A stretch of 45,601 bases of DNA, taken from contig JACMIX010000046.1 of the NCBI GenBank assembly GCA_014380935.1, positions 1 through 45,601 on the forward strand. The letters run 5' to 3'. A program made the translations under genes and the position numbers. The notes under the pieces were generated by a model that saw nothing but the letters and a program-made list of their open reading frames with translations, was not told the origin of the DNA and made no database searches. Below are positions 8,950 through 17,793 of this stretch, piece after piece. The first letter of the stretch is position 1; every line of letters begins with the position of its first letter. Origin of the DNA: Gloeobacterales cyanobacterium ES-bin-141. GTDB lineage: Bacteria; Cyanobacteriota; Cyanobacteriia; Gloeobacterales; Gloeobacteraceae.

Positions 8950-10016
8950 AACTCTCTCCTCGTGTAGTTGGTGGCAATCCAGCTTTTGTAGGCACCGCTG
9001 ACGACATCTTGCACCCAGTCCAGGTTGTCCAGATACCAGCTAACCGTCTTGCGGATACCGGTCTCGAAGCTCTCCTGGGGTTTCCATCCCAGCTCCTGCT
9101 CAATCTTGCGCGCGTCGATTGCGTAACGTCGGTCGTGTCCGGGCCTATCGGTCACAAACTGGATTTGTTGTCTGTAGCTACCTTGCTCGCGCGGCTTCAG
9201 TTCATCGAGAATGTCGCAGAGGGTGTGCACGACATCTTTGTTTGTCTTTTCGTTCCAGCCGCCGATGTTGTAAGTCTCACCAACCCTTCCTCTTGACATG
9301 ACTTCTCGTATGGCGGTGCAGTGATCCCGCACGTACAGCCAGTCACGGATATTGCTGCCATCTCCGTAGATTGGCAACGGTTTACCCTCAAGGGCATTCA
9401 AGAGGACGAGCGGGATCAATTTCTCCGGGTACTGGTAGGGACCATAGTTATTTGAGCAGTTGGTAGTCAGGGTTGGGAGCCCGTAGGTGTGGTGATAGGC
9501 ACGCACCAGATGATCTGAGGACGCCTTGGAGGCGGCGTAGGGACTATTGGGTTGGTAGGGATTCTGTTCTGAGAAGGGCGGGTCCGCGGGTCCAAGCGAA
9601 CCGTACACTTCGTCGGTTGAAACATGCAAAAACCGGAAGTCTGTCTTGCTGTCCTGGTCAAGTTCCTGCCAGTAGACACGCACTTCTTCGAGTAGATTGA
9701 ACATGCCTACGATGTTGGTCTGAATAAACTCCCCGGGCGCGTGGATCGAGCGATCCACGTGGCTCTCAGCGGCAAAATTGACAATTACGCGGGGGTGGTA
9801 CTTTGAGAGCAAGTTTCTGAGCAGTCCTCGATCGCCAATGTCTCCGTGTACAAAAACGTGTCTGGCCTCGGATTGCAGACTGGCCAGATTACTCAAATTG
9901 CCAGCGTAGGTCAATTTGTCTAGATTGAGAACAAGCCCACCGGTGGCAATCTGTTCTAGAACAAAGTTTGATCCGATAAAACCTGCCCCACCGGTTACTA
10001 AAATACAGTCGTTCAA
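8946..10016 (-). CDS. rfbB: dTDP-glucose 4,6-dehydratase
   Basis: [12 protein letters not shown] Rossmann motif and YAASKASSD catalytic YxxxK. TTG start at 10014-10016 is preceded by GAGGTG 5 nt upstream. Confidence 0.95.
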   Translation of the reverse strand: MNDCILVTGGAGFIGSNFVLEQIATGGLVLNLDKLTYAGNLSNLASLQSEARHVFVHGDIGDRGLLRNLLSKYHPRVIVNFAAESHVDRSIHAPGEFIQTNIVGMFNLLEEVRVYWQELDQDSKTDFRFLHVSTDEVYGSLGPADPPFSEQNPYQPNSPYAASKASSDHLVRAYHHTYGLPTLTTNCSNNYGPYQYPEKLIPLVLLNALEGKPLPIYGDGSNIRDWLYVRDHCTAIREVMSRGRVGETYNIGGWNEKTNKDVVHTLCDILDELKPREQGSYRQQIQFVTDRPGHDRRYAIDARKIEQELGWKPQESFETGIRKTVSWYLDNLDWVQDVVSGAYKSWIATNYTRREL

Positions 10017-10117
10017 CTTTTCACCTCGGGTATTTCGTTTTTCGGAATGCAGAGGTCATGGGTACCTGGATCAAGCTGACCTCACTATTCTTCCCAGGTA
10101 CCCACGGTCTCTAGCAG

Positions 10118-10675
10118 TTACTGCCTCCCATTTACCGACTGCACAACGGGAACAAGTCCCAGGCTCTCCATTTGGGCTACTACCTTCGCAGCACTTTCCT
10201 CAACGCTCTCGAGTGCTGTGTAGCAGGTGACATCGGCATCGAGTGGCTCCTCATAAGGGTCATCAATCCCCGTGAAGCCCTTGATGGTTCCGGCCCGTGC
10301 CTTTGCATACAACCCTTTGACGTCACGCGATTCACAAACTTCCAGAGGTGCGTTGACATAGACCTCCATGAAGTTCTCGGTCATCGACCGCACTTCGTCG
10401 CGGATCTCCCGATAGGGGCTGATCGCGGCCACCATCACAATGACACCGTTGCGGCTGAGCAGGTTGGCGACGAAACCAACGCGACGAATATTGATGTCGC
10501 GGTCTTCTTTACTGAAGGTGAGGCCCTTGGAAAGGTTGGTGCGCACGATGTCGCCATCGAGGATCTCAACCCGGCAACCGCTCGCTTTCAAGCGGCGCTC
10601 AATAGCGCGGGCAATGGTTGTCTTGCCCGAACCGCTCAATCCTGTGAACCATAGTGTTACGCCTTTATTCAACAT
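10118..10675 (-). CDS. cysC: Adenylylsulfate (APS) kinase
   Basis: P-loop TGLSGSGKTT, an AISPYREIR region and a size of 185 aa typical of CysC. ATG at 10673-10675. Confidence 0.93.
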   Translation of the reverse strand: MLNKGVTLWFTGLSGSGKTTIARAIERRLKASGCRVEILDGDIVRTNLSKGLTFSKEDRDINIRRVGFVANLLSRNGVIVMVAAISPYREIRDEVRSMTENFMEVYVNAPLEVCESRDVKGLYAKARAGTIKGFTGIDDPYEEPLDADVTCYTALESVEESAAKVVAQMESLGLVPVVQSVNGRQ

Positions 10676-10756
10676 TCAAGTAGCTCCATGAGGGATAGGG
10701 TAAATCTGTAGCCCAGCCTGGTTTGCCGGGCTATCTATTTGACTCGGTCCCGGCAT

Positions 10757-11929
10757 CTAAACCGGGATCGTGTTCTGGGTTGCAGAGATAAGGATCTTTG
10801 CAACTTCCGGGCGGCTGAACTCAGGTGGCGGAAGCTTACCCTCGCGCAACAGAGCCCGGACCTTGGTACCCGAGAGATGAACGCGTTCTTCGGGAGTCGA
10901 AGGACTTGTTTTTGCCGTTGCCATACCGTTGGTACGCAGGCAGTAAAAGGCATGCTCAAACATCATCGGCATAATTTCGAGTTCCTGTGGCTCGAACTCT
11001 TCAAAAATATGCTGAGCGTCGTAGGTGCCGTAGTAGTCGCCGACACCAGCGTGATCGCGCCCGATGATGATGTGCGTGCAGCCATAGTTTTTGCGGGCAA
11101 TAGCGTGCATGATCGCCTCGCGCGGCCCTGCGTAGCGCATGGCAGCCGGGAACACACCCAGGAACACCCGATCCTTGGGGTAGTAGTTTTCGATAATAGT
11201 CTCGTAGCACTGCACTCGGACGTTAGCCGGAATGTCATCCGACTTGGTCGTGCCCACCAGCGGATTGATAAATAGACCGTTCACCGTCTCAAGCGCGACC
11301 TTGGTGATGTATTCGTGGGCACGGTGAATCGGGTTGCGGGTCTGAAAGGCGACAATCGTCTTCCAACCGCGTCGGGCGAACTCTGCCCGCGTGACCGCCG
11401 GGGTAAAGTGGTATTTGGGAAACTCAGCTTGCGGCAGGTCATTAACCAGTTTGAGCGGACCGCCCAGGTAGACTTCACCCGCCGCGTACATTGCACTGAC
11501 ACCCGGATGAGCCTCGTGCGTAGTGCGGTATACCTTCTGGGCTTCCTGGCTCTGGTCGGGCTTGAATTTGCTGGTGATGGTCAAGACCGCGAGAATATCG
11601 CCGTTTGGATGGGTAAGGGCAATTTCTGAGTCGAGCTGGTACTTGTCTGATCCTGCCTCGGGAACTTGCAGCGTCACCGGGATGCTCCAGGGCAGACCGC
11701 TGCTCAGACGCATACCGTTGACAATGTCGTAGTAGTTCTCCTCGTCTACAAAGCCGGTCAGGGGGCTGTAAACACCCGTGGCGATGCATTCGAGATCAGC
11801 CAGATTACGTTCAGAGAGCATGAGCCGGGGCAGTGCGTGGGCATTTTCAAAAGCTGCCTGCCGCTCGAAACCTCTTAAAGCGCAATCGATCAGCTTCCCC
11901 CCATGGGGTTGGATGAGAGTCTTTTGCAT
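10757..11929 (-). CDS. sat: Sulfate adenylyltransferase (homo-oligomeric ATP sulfurylase)
   Basis: Both canonical ATP sulfurylase motifs are present: QTRNPIHRAHEY and IIGRDHAGVG. Size is 390 aa. ATG at 11927-11929. Confidence 0.93.
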   Translation of the reverse strand: MQKTLIQPHGGKLIDCALRGFERQAAFENAHALPRLMLSERNLADLECIATGVYSPLTGFVDEENYYDIVNGMRLSSGLPWSIPVTLQVPEAGSDKYQLDSEIALTHPNGDILAVLTITSKFKPDQSQEAQKVYRTTHEAHPGVSAMYAAGEVYLGGPLKLVNDLPQAEFPKYHFTPAVTRAEFARRGWKTIVAFQTRNPIHRAHEYITKVALETVNGLFINPLVGTTKSDDIPANVRVQCYETIIENYYPKDRVFLGVFPAAMRYAGPREAIMHAIARKNYGCTHIIIGRDHAGVGDYYGTYDAQHIFEEFEPQELEIMPMMFEHAFYCLRTNGMATAKTSPSTPEERVHLSGTKVRALLREGKLPPPEFSRPEVAKILISATQNTIPV

Positions 11930-11937
11930 ACTTTCTC

Positions 11938-12777
11938 CTATTGTTGCCGCGTAGCTTGTTGTATGTGGTCGAGCCAGGGAAGCGTGGAGCTTCCACAGAC
12001 CATGAAGTAGGGGTTCAAAAGTTCAGCTTTGTTGTACCTGAGTCGAGTACCCTGCATACTCACCACCTGACCTCCCGCCTGCTCTACTACACATTGAGCG
12101 GCGGCTGTGTCCCACTCCATAGTTGGACCAAAGCGCGGGTAGAGATGTGCCGCCCCCTCGGCAACCAAGCAGAGCTTGAGCGAACTGCCAATCGAGAGTA
12201 CCTCGAAGTGCCGCCCATTCTTACTCAGTTGGTCGAGAAATGCTTCTGTTTCGATACCAGCATGCGAACGGCTGGCAACGATTTTAAGCGTCTCCTCCGC
12301 ATGGTGGTCGTGGATGTGAATTGGCGCTGCCTCGACGCCTGCGACCTGCTTGAAAGCACCCACACCCTCGGCTGCCCAGTAAGTGATGCCAAGAGCCGGG
12401 GCATGAACGACACCAAGCTCGGGCTTGCCTTCGGCAATGAGGGCAATATTAACGGTAAATTCGCCATTACGCTTGACGAACTCTTTCGTTCCATCGATCG
12501 GATCGACCAGCCAGAAAGCACTCCAGGTTTCGCGCTCCTGATAAGGACGCGACTTGGACTCCTCGGAAAGAACCGGTAATCGGGGATCTAGTGACCGTAG
12601 CTTATCAACAATGATGTGGTGAGAAACCATGTCAGCCCGAGTCAGCGGGGAATTGTCCTCTTTGTAAGTCGTGCCGAGATCAGGCTGGGCATATATTTCC
12701 ATAATTGCCTGCCCGGCCTCGACAGCTATTTCGACAATTTGTGGTAGCCAGGACTTTAGAGTGTAAGAACTATTCAT
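11938..12777 (-). CDS. cysQ: 3'(2'),5'-bisphosphate nucleotidase (PAP phosphatase)
   Basis: Inositol-monophosphatase-fold motifs LSEESK...WLVDPIDGTKEF...WDTAA with CysQ-like length. ATG at 12775-12777. Only 8 nt separate it from the sat start. Confidence 0.85.
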   Translation of the reverse strand: MNSSYTLKSWLPQIVEIAVEAGQAIMEIYAQPDLGTTYKEDNSPLTRADMVSHHIIVDKLRSLDPRLPVLSEESKSRPYQERETWSAFWLVDPIDGTKEFVKRNGEFTVNIALIAEGKPELGVVHAPALGITYWAAEGVGAFKQVAGVEAAPIHIHDHHAEETLKIVASRSHAGIETEAFLDQLSKNGRHFEVLSIGSSLKLCLVAEGAAHLYPRFGPTMEWDTAAAQCVVEQAGGQVVSMQGTRLRYNKAELLNPYFMVCGSSTLPWLDHIQQATRQQ

Positions 12778-12888
12778 GAAATGAAAAACCTTCTGTCGGA
12801 CATGACCGGCGCAAAGCTGGTGGCTCTTCGCGCTTTCATGAAATATTGTTGCAGGCTATTGGAAAAAAATTGCACAAATCCCTAATGT

Positions 12889-12922
12889 CTTCAACCGTGG
12901 TTGCTTTCAACCACGGTTGAAG
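12889..12922 (-). terminator. Very stable hairpin downstream of wza (terminator or processing/stability element)
   Basis: A perfect 15-bp stem CTTCAACCGTGGTTG / CAACCACGGTTGAAG with a 4-nt loop lies 35 nt after the wza stop. On the minus strand a T7 run follows only after about 22 nt, so it is not a textbook intrinsic terminator. Confidence 0.45.
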
Positions 12923-12956
12923 TAGAGATGTATTTCCCAAAATAGGTAAAACAGAT

Positions 12957-14054
12957 TTACCTGTCAATGGCCGTGAAGAGCCTGGCCAAGCCAGTGAACG
13001 GCGAGAACAAGGCGAAAGTAAAGTCTAGGAAGAAAGATGTACCACTCTTGGGAACAACAATTACATCCCCTTGCTGAATCTGATTCTGGTCTACCAGATC
13101 GCTGACGTTGACAGTCGCTTTCTCAATCTGTCCTTCACTATTGAGGCGGGTGAGCAGCACCTGACCGAGGTCAGCTTTGTCCGTTGGTCCCCCGGCTGTG
13201 GCAATTGCACTTGAGACCACACCGCTTGAAAGGACTTCTACTTCCCCGGGCTGTTTGACCTCTCCTACTACCCGCACCCGAACGGTTCTCGAAGCCAGAC
13301 TGGATGTCGCTATCTTCTTACGGTCAAGGGTGTCACTCGGCGTGAGCTTGGGGATGTAAAGGGAATCTCCGTCCCGCAGAGCGATGTCCCGGGGCGCGTC
13401 CTGAGACCAGACAGAATCCCAGAGGTTGATCTCCATGGTGGGAGCACTTCCATCCGGACTGAAGCGCTTCAGGGTAATCCGGCGGATGTCGGCGTCCTTG
13501 GTAACCCCACCTGCCTCGGACAGGGCGGCACTCACCGTGGGCGTACGGGGCGGGGTGGCGCCGGCGATTGCGACAACTGGTGTCGCCTGGGCAGTAGGGC
13601 TACCGATGAAGTTACTCAACTGGAGCGGTCCGGGACGTAGAACTTCGCCAGCCACATTGATACGCAGGGGTCTGAGCGTGCTGAGGCCCACGGAGACGAC
13701 CGGATTCTTCAAAAACGGCTTCAAGCGCTCCGTCAGTTCCTGAGCAAGCCCATCTGGCGTCTGCTCGGCCGCAACAATCGTGCCAATAAGCGGCATCGAA
13801 ATCGTCCCATCAGGTATAACAATCTGCTCGCCTGCAAACTCGTCGTACTCGAATACCCCGATCTTGAGCCGATCCCCAGGACCCAGAAGATAGCCGCTGC
13901 TTGTCAGACCGGTCTGAAAAGTGGCTGGTTGAGTGGCTGGTTGGGCGGCCGGAACCTGTGAGGGTAGCTGCTCCTGGGCAAATCCCGGAACCTGTGTTGC
14001 CAGCAGAAACGCCAGCACCAGGGAAGTTCCTCTACACACACGTCGATTCAACAT
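12957..14054 (-). CDS. wza: Polysaccharide export outer-membrane protein (Wza-like, Poly_export plus SLBB domains)
   Basis: Poly_export signature YLLGPGDRLKIGVF...IPDGTISMPLIGTIVAAEQTPDGLAQEL...NPVVSVGL. ATG at 14052-14054 yields a signal peptide (MLNRRVCRGTSLVLAFLLATQVPGFAQ). The ORF-track start at 14195 would overlap wzc. Confidence 0.85.
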   Translation of the reverse strand: MLNRRVCRGTSLVLAFLLATQVPGFAQEQLPSQVPAAQPATQPATFQTGLTSSGYLLGPGDRLKIGVFEYDEFAGEQIVIPDGTISMPLIGTIVAAEQTPDGLAQELTERLKPFLKNPVVSVGLSTLRPLRINVAGEVLRPGPLQLSNFIGSPTAQATPVVAIAGATPPRTPTVSAALSEAGGVTKDADIRRITLKRFSPDGSAPTMEINLWDSVWSQDAPRDIALRDGDSLYIPKLTPSDTLDRKKIATSSLASRTVRVRVVGEVKQPGEVEVLSSGVVSSAIATAGGPTDKADLGQVLLTRLNSEGQIEKATVNVSDLVDQNQIQQGDVIVVPKSGTSFFLDFTFALFSPFTGLARLFTAIDR

Positions 14055-14067
14055 TGAAATCACCTCG

Positions 14068-16296
14068 TCAGGAGCGTACGTTGCGTTTTTCGGTGCTTTT
14101 GGCCGCTTTCTTGTTGGGCGCGGTACTCTCTTCGCCGTAGTACTCCTTGGCGTAGTAGTAGTAGCTGTCGGGCTCGTTCTCAGGCACGACTCCATTAATC
14201 ACTTGACCCAGGATGTTCTGATGAGACTGAGCCATCAGTTCCTTGGCTGCCACAGCGCTCGAGGAATCTACAACTCCCGGGCGCGAGACAAACAAGATTC
14301 CATCCGACATCTTGCCCAGGACCGGTGCGTCGGCTGCCACTGCCATAGAAGGCGTGTCGATAATCACGTAATCGTACTGCGATGAGAATTGCTCGACGAG
14401 GGAGGCCATCCGCTTGGAGTCAAGCAAAGCTAGTGCGTTGGGCGGTACAACTCCCGCAGTGAGAATATGCAGGTTCGGCATGGTCCGCTCGACGGACGAG
14501 GCAAAATCCGCCTCTCCAACAATGACGTTGCTCAGACCCGCGACATTGGTCAGGTCCCAGAGCCGGTGCTGAGAGGGGCGGCGCATATCCGCGTCGACAA
14601 GCAGGACCCTGCGTCCCAGTTCGGCAATCGCCAGGGCTAGATTAGCGGAGACAGTGGATTTGCCCTCACCAGGTACTGAACTGGTGACTACGATGACCTT
14701 CAAGGCATTGTCGGAACTCAAAAATCTCAAATTGGCCTGCAGCATCCGGTAAGCCTCACTGAACGAGGAGCGAGGAGCCTCCTTGACAATGAGTTTGTCG
14801 TCGCCGTAAGCGGGAATGACACCCAGAAGGGTGTATCCAAACAGCTCCCTGGTCTCTGAGACTGTCTTGACGCTCTTGTCGCGCAATTCGAGCACAAGCG
14901 CAAGCGCGAAGGCAAGCAGGGTACCCAGAATAGTCCCGATACCCAGGTTCGTGACCACACTTGGAGAGGCGGGTTTGTCCGGGTCCGGGGCTAGGGCCGG
15001 GGCAATAATGCGGGCATTGCCTACGTTCTGCTTTTCTGCCACCTGTACTTCTTGCAGCTTTTGCAGCAGGGTTCTGTAGGTGACCTGGGAGACATCAAGC
15101 CGGCGTTGTAGTTCTGCCTGCTCCTGCTCGAGTCTAGGTAGGACATTGACGCGGCGCTTGTAGGAGTCCCGTTCGTTCGCAAGTGAAGACACCCGGTTGG
15201 AGCTGCCCTGGCGATCTACTTCTGAGAGGACTAGGTTCTCGACTAGTTTTTGATCGAGATCGCTGATACGCAAGTTGGTACCGGAACCCTGGACGCCAAC
15301 GCCCGACTTGCCGACCACCTCGCGCACACGGCGCTTGAGTAGGTCCTGGAGCTGATTGCGCTTGTTCTTCAAGTTGGTAATCGTGGGGTGCCCTTCTTGG
15401 TAACGGGCTCGCTGTAACTCCAGCTCACTTTCTGCTTTCTGAAAATCGGTGAGTGCCAGCTGCACGGCGGGGGACTGGCTAAGAGCACTCAGAGCCAACG
15501 CTTCTTGAGAACTCATGCCTACTTTGCCACGCAGAGATTCGGAGCGGGCACTTGCATCTCCGAGTTGTGCCTGGGCCTGTGCGAGCTGGTTATCCAGGCT
15601 CGAAATCACTCCCACCGACGACTTGGACTCTTCTTCGATATTAATGACCCTGTTTTTCTCTTTGAAGGCCCGCAGTGCCGCTTCTGCTTTGCGGACTGTA
15701 GCCTCGGTCTTGGGCAATTGCTGCTCAATAAAATCCCGGGCAGCGACAGCCTCGGCACGGTTGGTAGAGATGTTGTTCTCGAGGTAGACAGCCATCAACG
15801 TGTTCACTACCGATGCCGCTTTCTGGGGATCAGGGTGCTGGTAGGAGATAGCCAACACATCCGTACTCGGAATGTGGCGCAAGACGATCTTCTTGAGCAG
15901 GCCAATGGGTTCAGCGGGTTCAACAGGTATCTCAGACTTGCCCGTTGCGAAAAACGCTCCGATCTGGTCAATCCAGTCCGGCTTCTTCTGGAGATCTTCG
16001 ACCGCAATGACCTTTTGCAGCAGAGGAATCGAGATCACGACCTGAGCTTCGGTATCAACAGGACTGACCTGTTTGCCCAGAGCACTTAATGTACCCCGGT
16101 CGTCCCCTGGAGCTAAGTCTGATAAAGATAGAGAGGTCGCGGAGTCATTAGACTTAAACAGTAACTGCCCCTCCGCGAGGTACTGGGGCTTAGACAGGAA
16201 TGTAATAAGAGCTGCAATCCCCAAGGCAGACCCAAAAACGGCAAGTGCAGGTAGCCAGTGCCGCTTGAGAATGAACCAATACCGTTGAAGTTCCAT
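14068..16296 (-). CDS. wzc: Polysaccharide co-polymerase / tyrosine autokinase (Wzc-like, PCP-2a)
   Basis: Two transmembrane (TM) segments flank a long coiled-coil periplasmic region. It has Walker A VTSSVPGEGKSTVSANLA, Walker B-like YDYVIIDTP and a C-terminal tyrosine cluster SYYYYAKEYYGEE. Confidence 0.88.
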   Translation of the reverse strand: MELQRYWFILKRHWLPALAVFGSALGIAALITFLSKPQYLAEGQLLFKSNDSATSLSLSDLAPGDDRGTLSALGKQVSPVDTEAQVVISIPLLQKVIAVEDLQKKPDWIDQIGAFFATGKSEIPVEPAEPIGLLKKIVLRHIPSTDVLAISYQHPDPQKAASVVNTLMAVYLENNISTNRAEAVAARDFIEQQLPKTEATVRKAEAALRAFKEKNRVINIEEESKSSVGVISSLDNQLAQAQAQLGDASARSESLRGKVGMSSQEALALSALSQSPAVQLALTDFQKAESELELQRARYQEGHPTITNLKNKRNQLQDLLKRRVREVVGKSGVGVQGSGTNLRISDLDQKLVENLVLSEVDRQGSSNRVSSLANERDSYKRRVNVLPRLEQEQAELQRRLDVSQVTYRTLLQKLQEVQVAEKQNVGNARIIAPALAPDPDKPASPSVVTNLGIGTILGTLLAFALALVLELRDKSVKTVSETRELFGYTLLGVIPAYGDDKLIVKEAPRSSFSEAYRMLQANLRFLSSDNALKVIVVTSSVPGEGKSTVSANLALAIAELGRRVLLVDADMRRPSQHRLWDLTNVAGLSNVIVGEADFASSVERTMPNLHILTAGVVPPNALALLDSKRMASLVEQFSSQYDYVIIDTPSMAVAADAPVLGKMSDGILFVSRPGVVDSSSAVAAKELMAQSHQNILGQVINGVVPENEPDSYYYYAKEYYGEESTAPNKKAAKSTEKRNVRS

Positions 16297-16461
16297 AGTT
16301 GACTCACTGAAGAAGGAAGATATGTCGGAGGGCCGGCAGTGTGAGCCGGTGAGCTTGCGTACATCATAGTTCCCTGGCCGAGCCGGGTAATGTAAGCAAA
16401 GTCGCCGACCTAGAAATGCCGTACGTGTGCTGCTCAGTTCCTACTGAAAACTGACGTTTAT

Positions 16462-16504
16462 GATCATATAAGAGTGCCACCCATTCACGCGTAAATGGGT
16501 GGCA
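16462..16504 (-). terminator. Intrinsic terminator of glpX
   Basis: An 11-bp perfect stem TGCCACCCATT / AATGGGTGGCA (16475-16485, 16494-16504) with an 8-nt loop lies 38 nt after the glpX stop. On the minus strand it is followed by CTCTTATAT. Confidence 0.6.
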
Positions 16505-16541
16505 TTGAATGAGCAATTGTTTGCTCCAGCACAAGGTGGAT

Positions 16542-17579
16542 TTAGAGTACCAGGCTGACGCGATTAGATGTGTCCAAAATATGAGTGGTATCGACGAACC
16601 GGATTGTGTTCGACTGGCTCGAGATGACCATCGTCTCAGTCCGTATGGCACCGCTAAGAAAACGTACACCTTTGATGAAGTCTCCGTCGGTGATGCCTGT
16701 CGCCGCAAACAAAACCGTCTCTCCAGACGCGAGTTCCTCTGCTTCATAGCATTTGTCGGGTTGCTCGATCCCCATCTCCTTGAGGCGAGCTTCCGTCTCT
16801 TTCATGGGAGGAAGCAGCCCGGTCTTCACCACCTCGGGATCGTAGATTAACCGACCCTGAAAATGCGCTCCCAGAGGACGCAGAGCTGCTGCCGAGATCA
16901 CACCCTCAGGAGCTGCTCCAATTCCCATCAAAGCATGAACACCTGTACCATTTATGCCAGCTGACAACGCCGCGGAAATATCTCCGTCCGAGATCAGCCG
17001 CACCCGCGCTCCTGCCGAACGGATCTCAGCAATCAGATCTTTGTGACGCGAACGGTCCATCACAATGACCAGCAAATCTTCAACGTTTAGCTCCAAACAT
17101 TCTGCAATAATCTGCAAGTTTTTTGTTGGCGGATAATCGAGATGTATTTTGCCTTTGGTTTGGGGTGGAGCAGCAAGCTTCTGCATGTAAAGGTCAGGAG
17201 CATTGAAAAGACCGCCCTTCTGAGAAATTGCCAGGACCGCCATCGAACCCTGCTGACCCTCAGCAACAAGGTTGGTGCCTTCGCACGGATCGACGGCAAT
17301 ATCAATTTCAATTAGCTCGTCCGGATTGCAAAAATTCTTCGCATCCTCTCGTGTACAGATACCAACCTGCTCACCTATGTAGAGCATGGGTGCATCGTCG
17401 CGCTCACCTTCTCCAATGACAATGCGGCCACGCATGTATATTTCATTCATGCGTTCGCGCATGGCTTTGACTGCCACGGCATCCGCTTCGTCCTTGAGCC
17501 CCTTGCCCATCAAGCGGGCTGAGGCGATCGCTGCCTGCTCGACAACTTCAATAATCTCCAAGCCAAGGGTCTTTTCCAT
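16542..17579 (-). CDS. glpX: Class II fructose-1,6-bisphosphatase / sedoheptulose-1,7-bisphosphatase
   Basis: GlpX-family sequence over the full length ([27 protein letters not shown]...DPCEGTN...), 345 aa, as in the cyanobacterial bifunctional F-I enzyme. Confidence 0.93.
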   Translation of the reverse strand: MEKTLGLEIIEVVEQAAIASARLMGKGLKDEADAVAVKAMRERMNEIYMRGRIVIGEGERDDAPMLYIGEQVGICTREDAKNFCNPDELIEIDIAVDPCEGTNLVAEGQQGSMAVLAISQKGGLFNAPDLYMQKLAAPPQTKGKIHLDYPPTKNLQIIAECLELNVEDLLVIVMDRSRHKDLIAEIRSAGARVRLISDGDISAALSAGINGTGVHALMGIGAAPEGVISAAALRPLGAHFQGRLIYDPEVVKTGLLPPMKETEARLKEMGIEQPDKCYEAEELASGETVLFAATGITDGDFIKGVRFLSGAIRTETMVISSQSNTIRFVDTTHILDTSNRVSLVL

Positions 17580-17744
17580 GGCTGCTCCTCGCTGTCACGT
17601 ACGGCCTTTCGCTCAACAGTGTACCAGAAGGCCTACTACATCCGGGCTGAGTTGTCCCGCTGAGAAGACTACCTTTGAACACCCAAGCAGCATGGTTGCT
17701 TTGTGCAGGAGATTTGCACAAAAATCGATACACGTTTTCTCAGA

Positions 17745-17793
17745 CAAGGAGCATTCGAGCGCACTCAAGGTGTCGTCTCAAACATTCCACAGC
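17745..17793 (+). repeat. Copy A of a conserved non-coding element (core AGCGCACTCAAGGTGTCGTCTC)
   Basis: 40 of 49 positions are identical to 23933-23981 in the same orientation, and the core is 21/22 identical. Weaker similarity continues to about 17832 / 24027. It lies in the 376-nt spacer upstream of glpX. Confidence 0.7.

Noticed and set aside
10739-12579. 178-aa and 212-aa + strand ORFs.
   Set aside because: They are antisense to sat and cysQ, both of which carry canonical catalytic motifs.
14055-14195. N-terminal 47-aa extension of the Wza ORF (start at 14195).
   Set aside because: It overlaps the wzc 3' end. The extension is low-complexity (T/P/R/K-rich). The ATG at 14054 gives a proper signal peptide 13 nt after the wzc stop.
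15505-16089. 194-aa + strand ORF.
   Set aside because: It is antisense to wzc and has no motifs.
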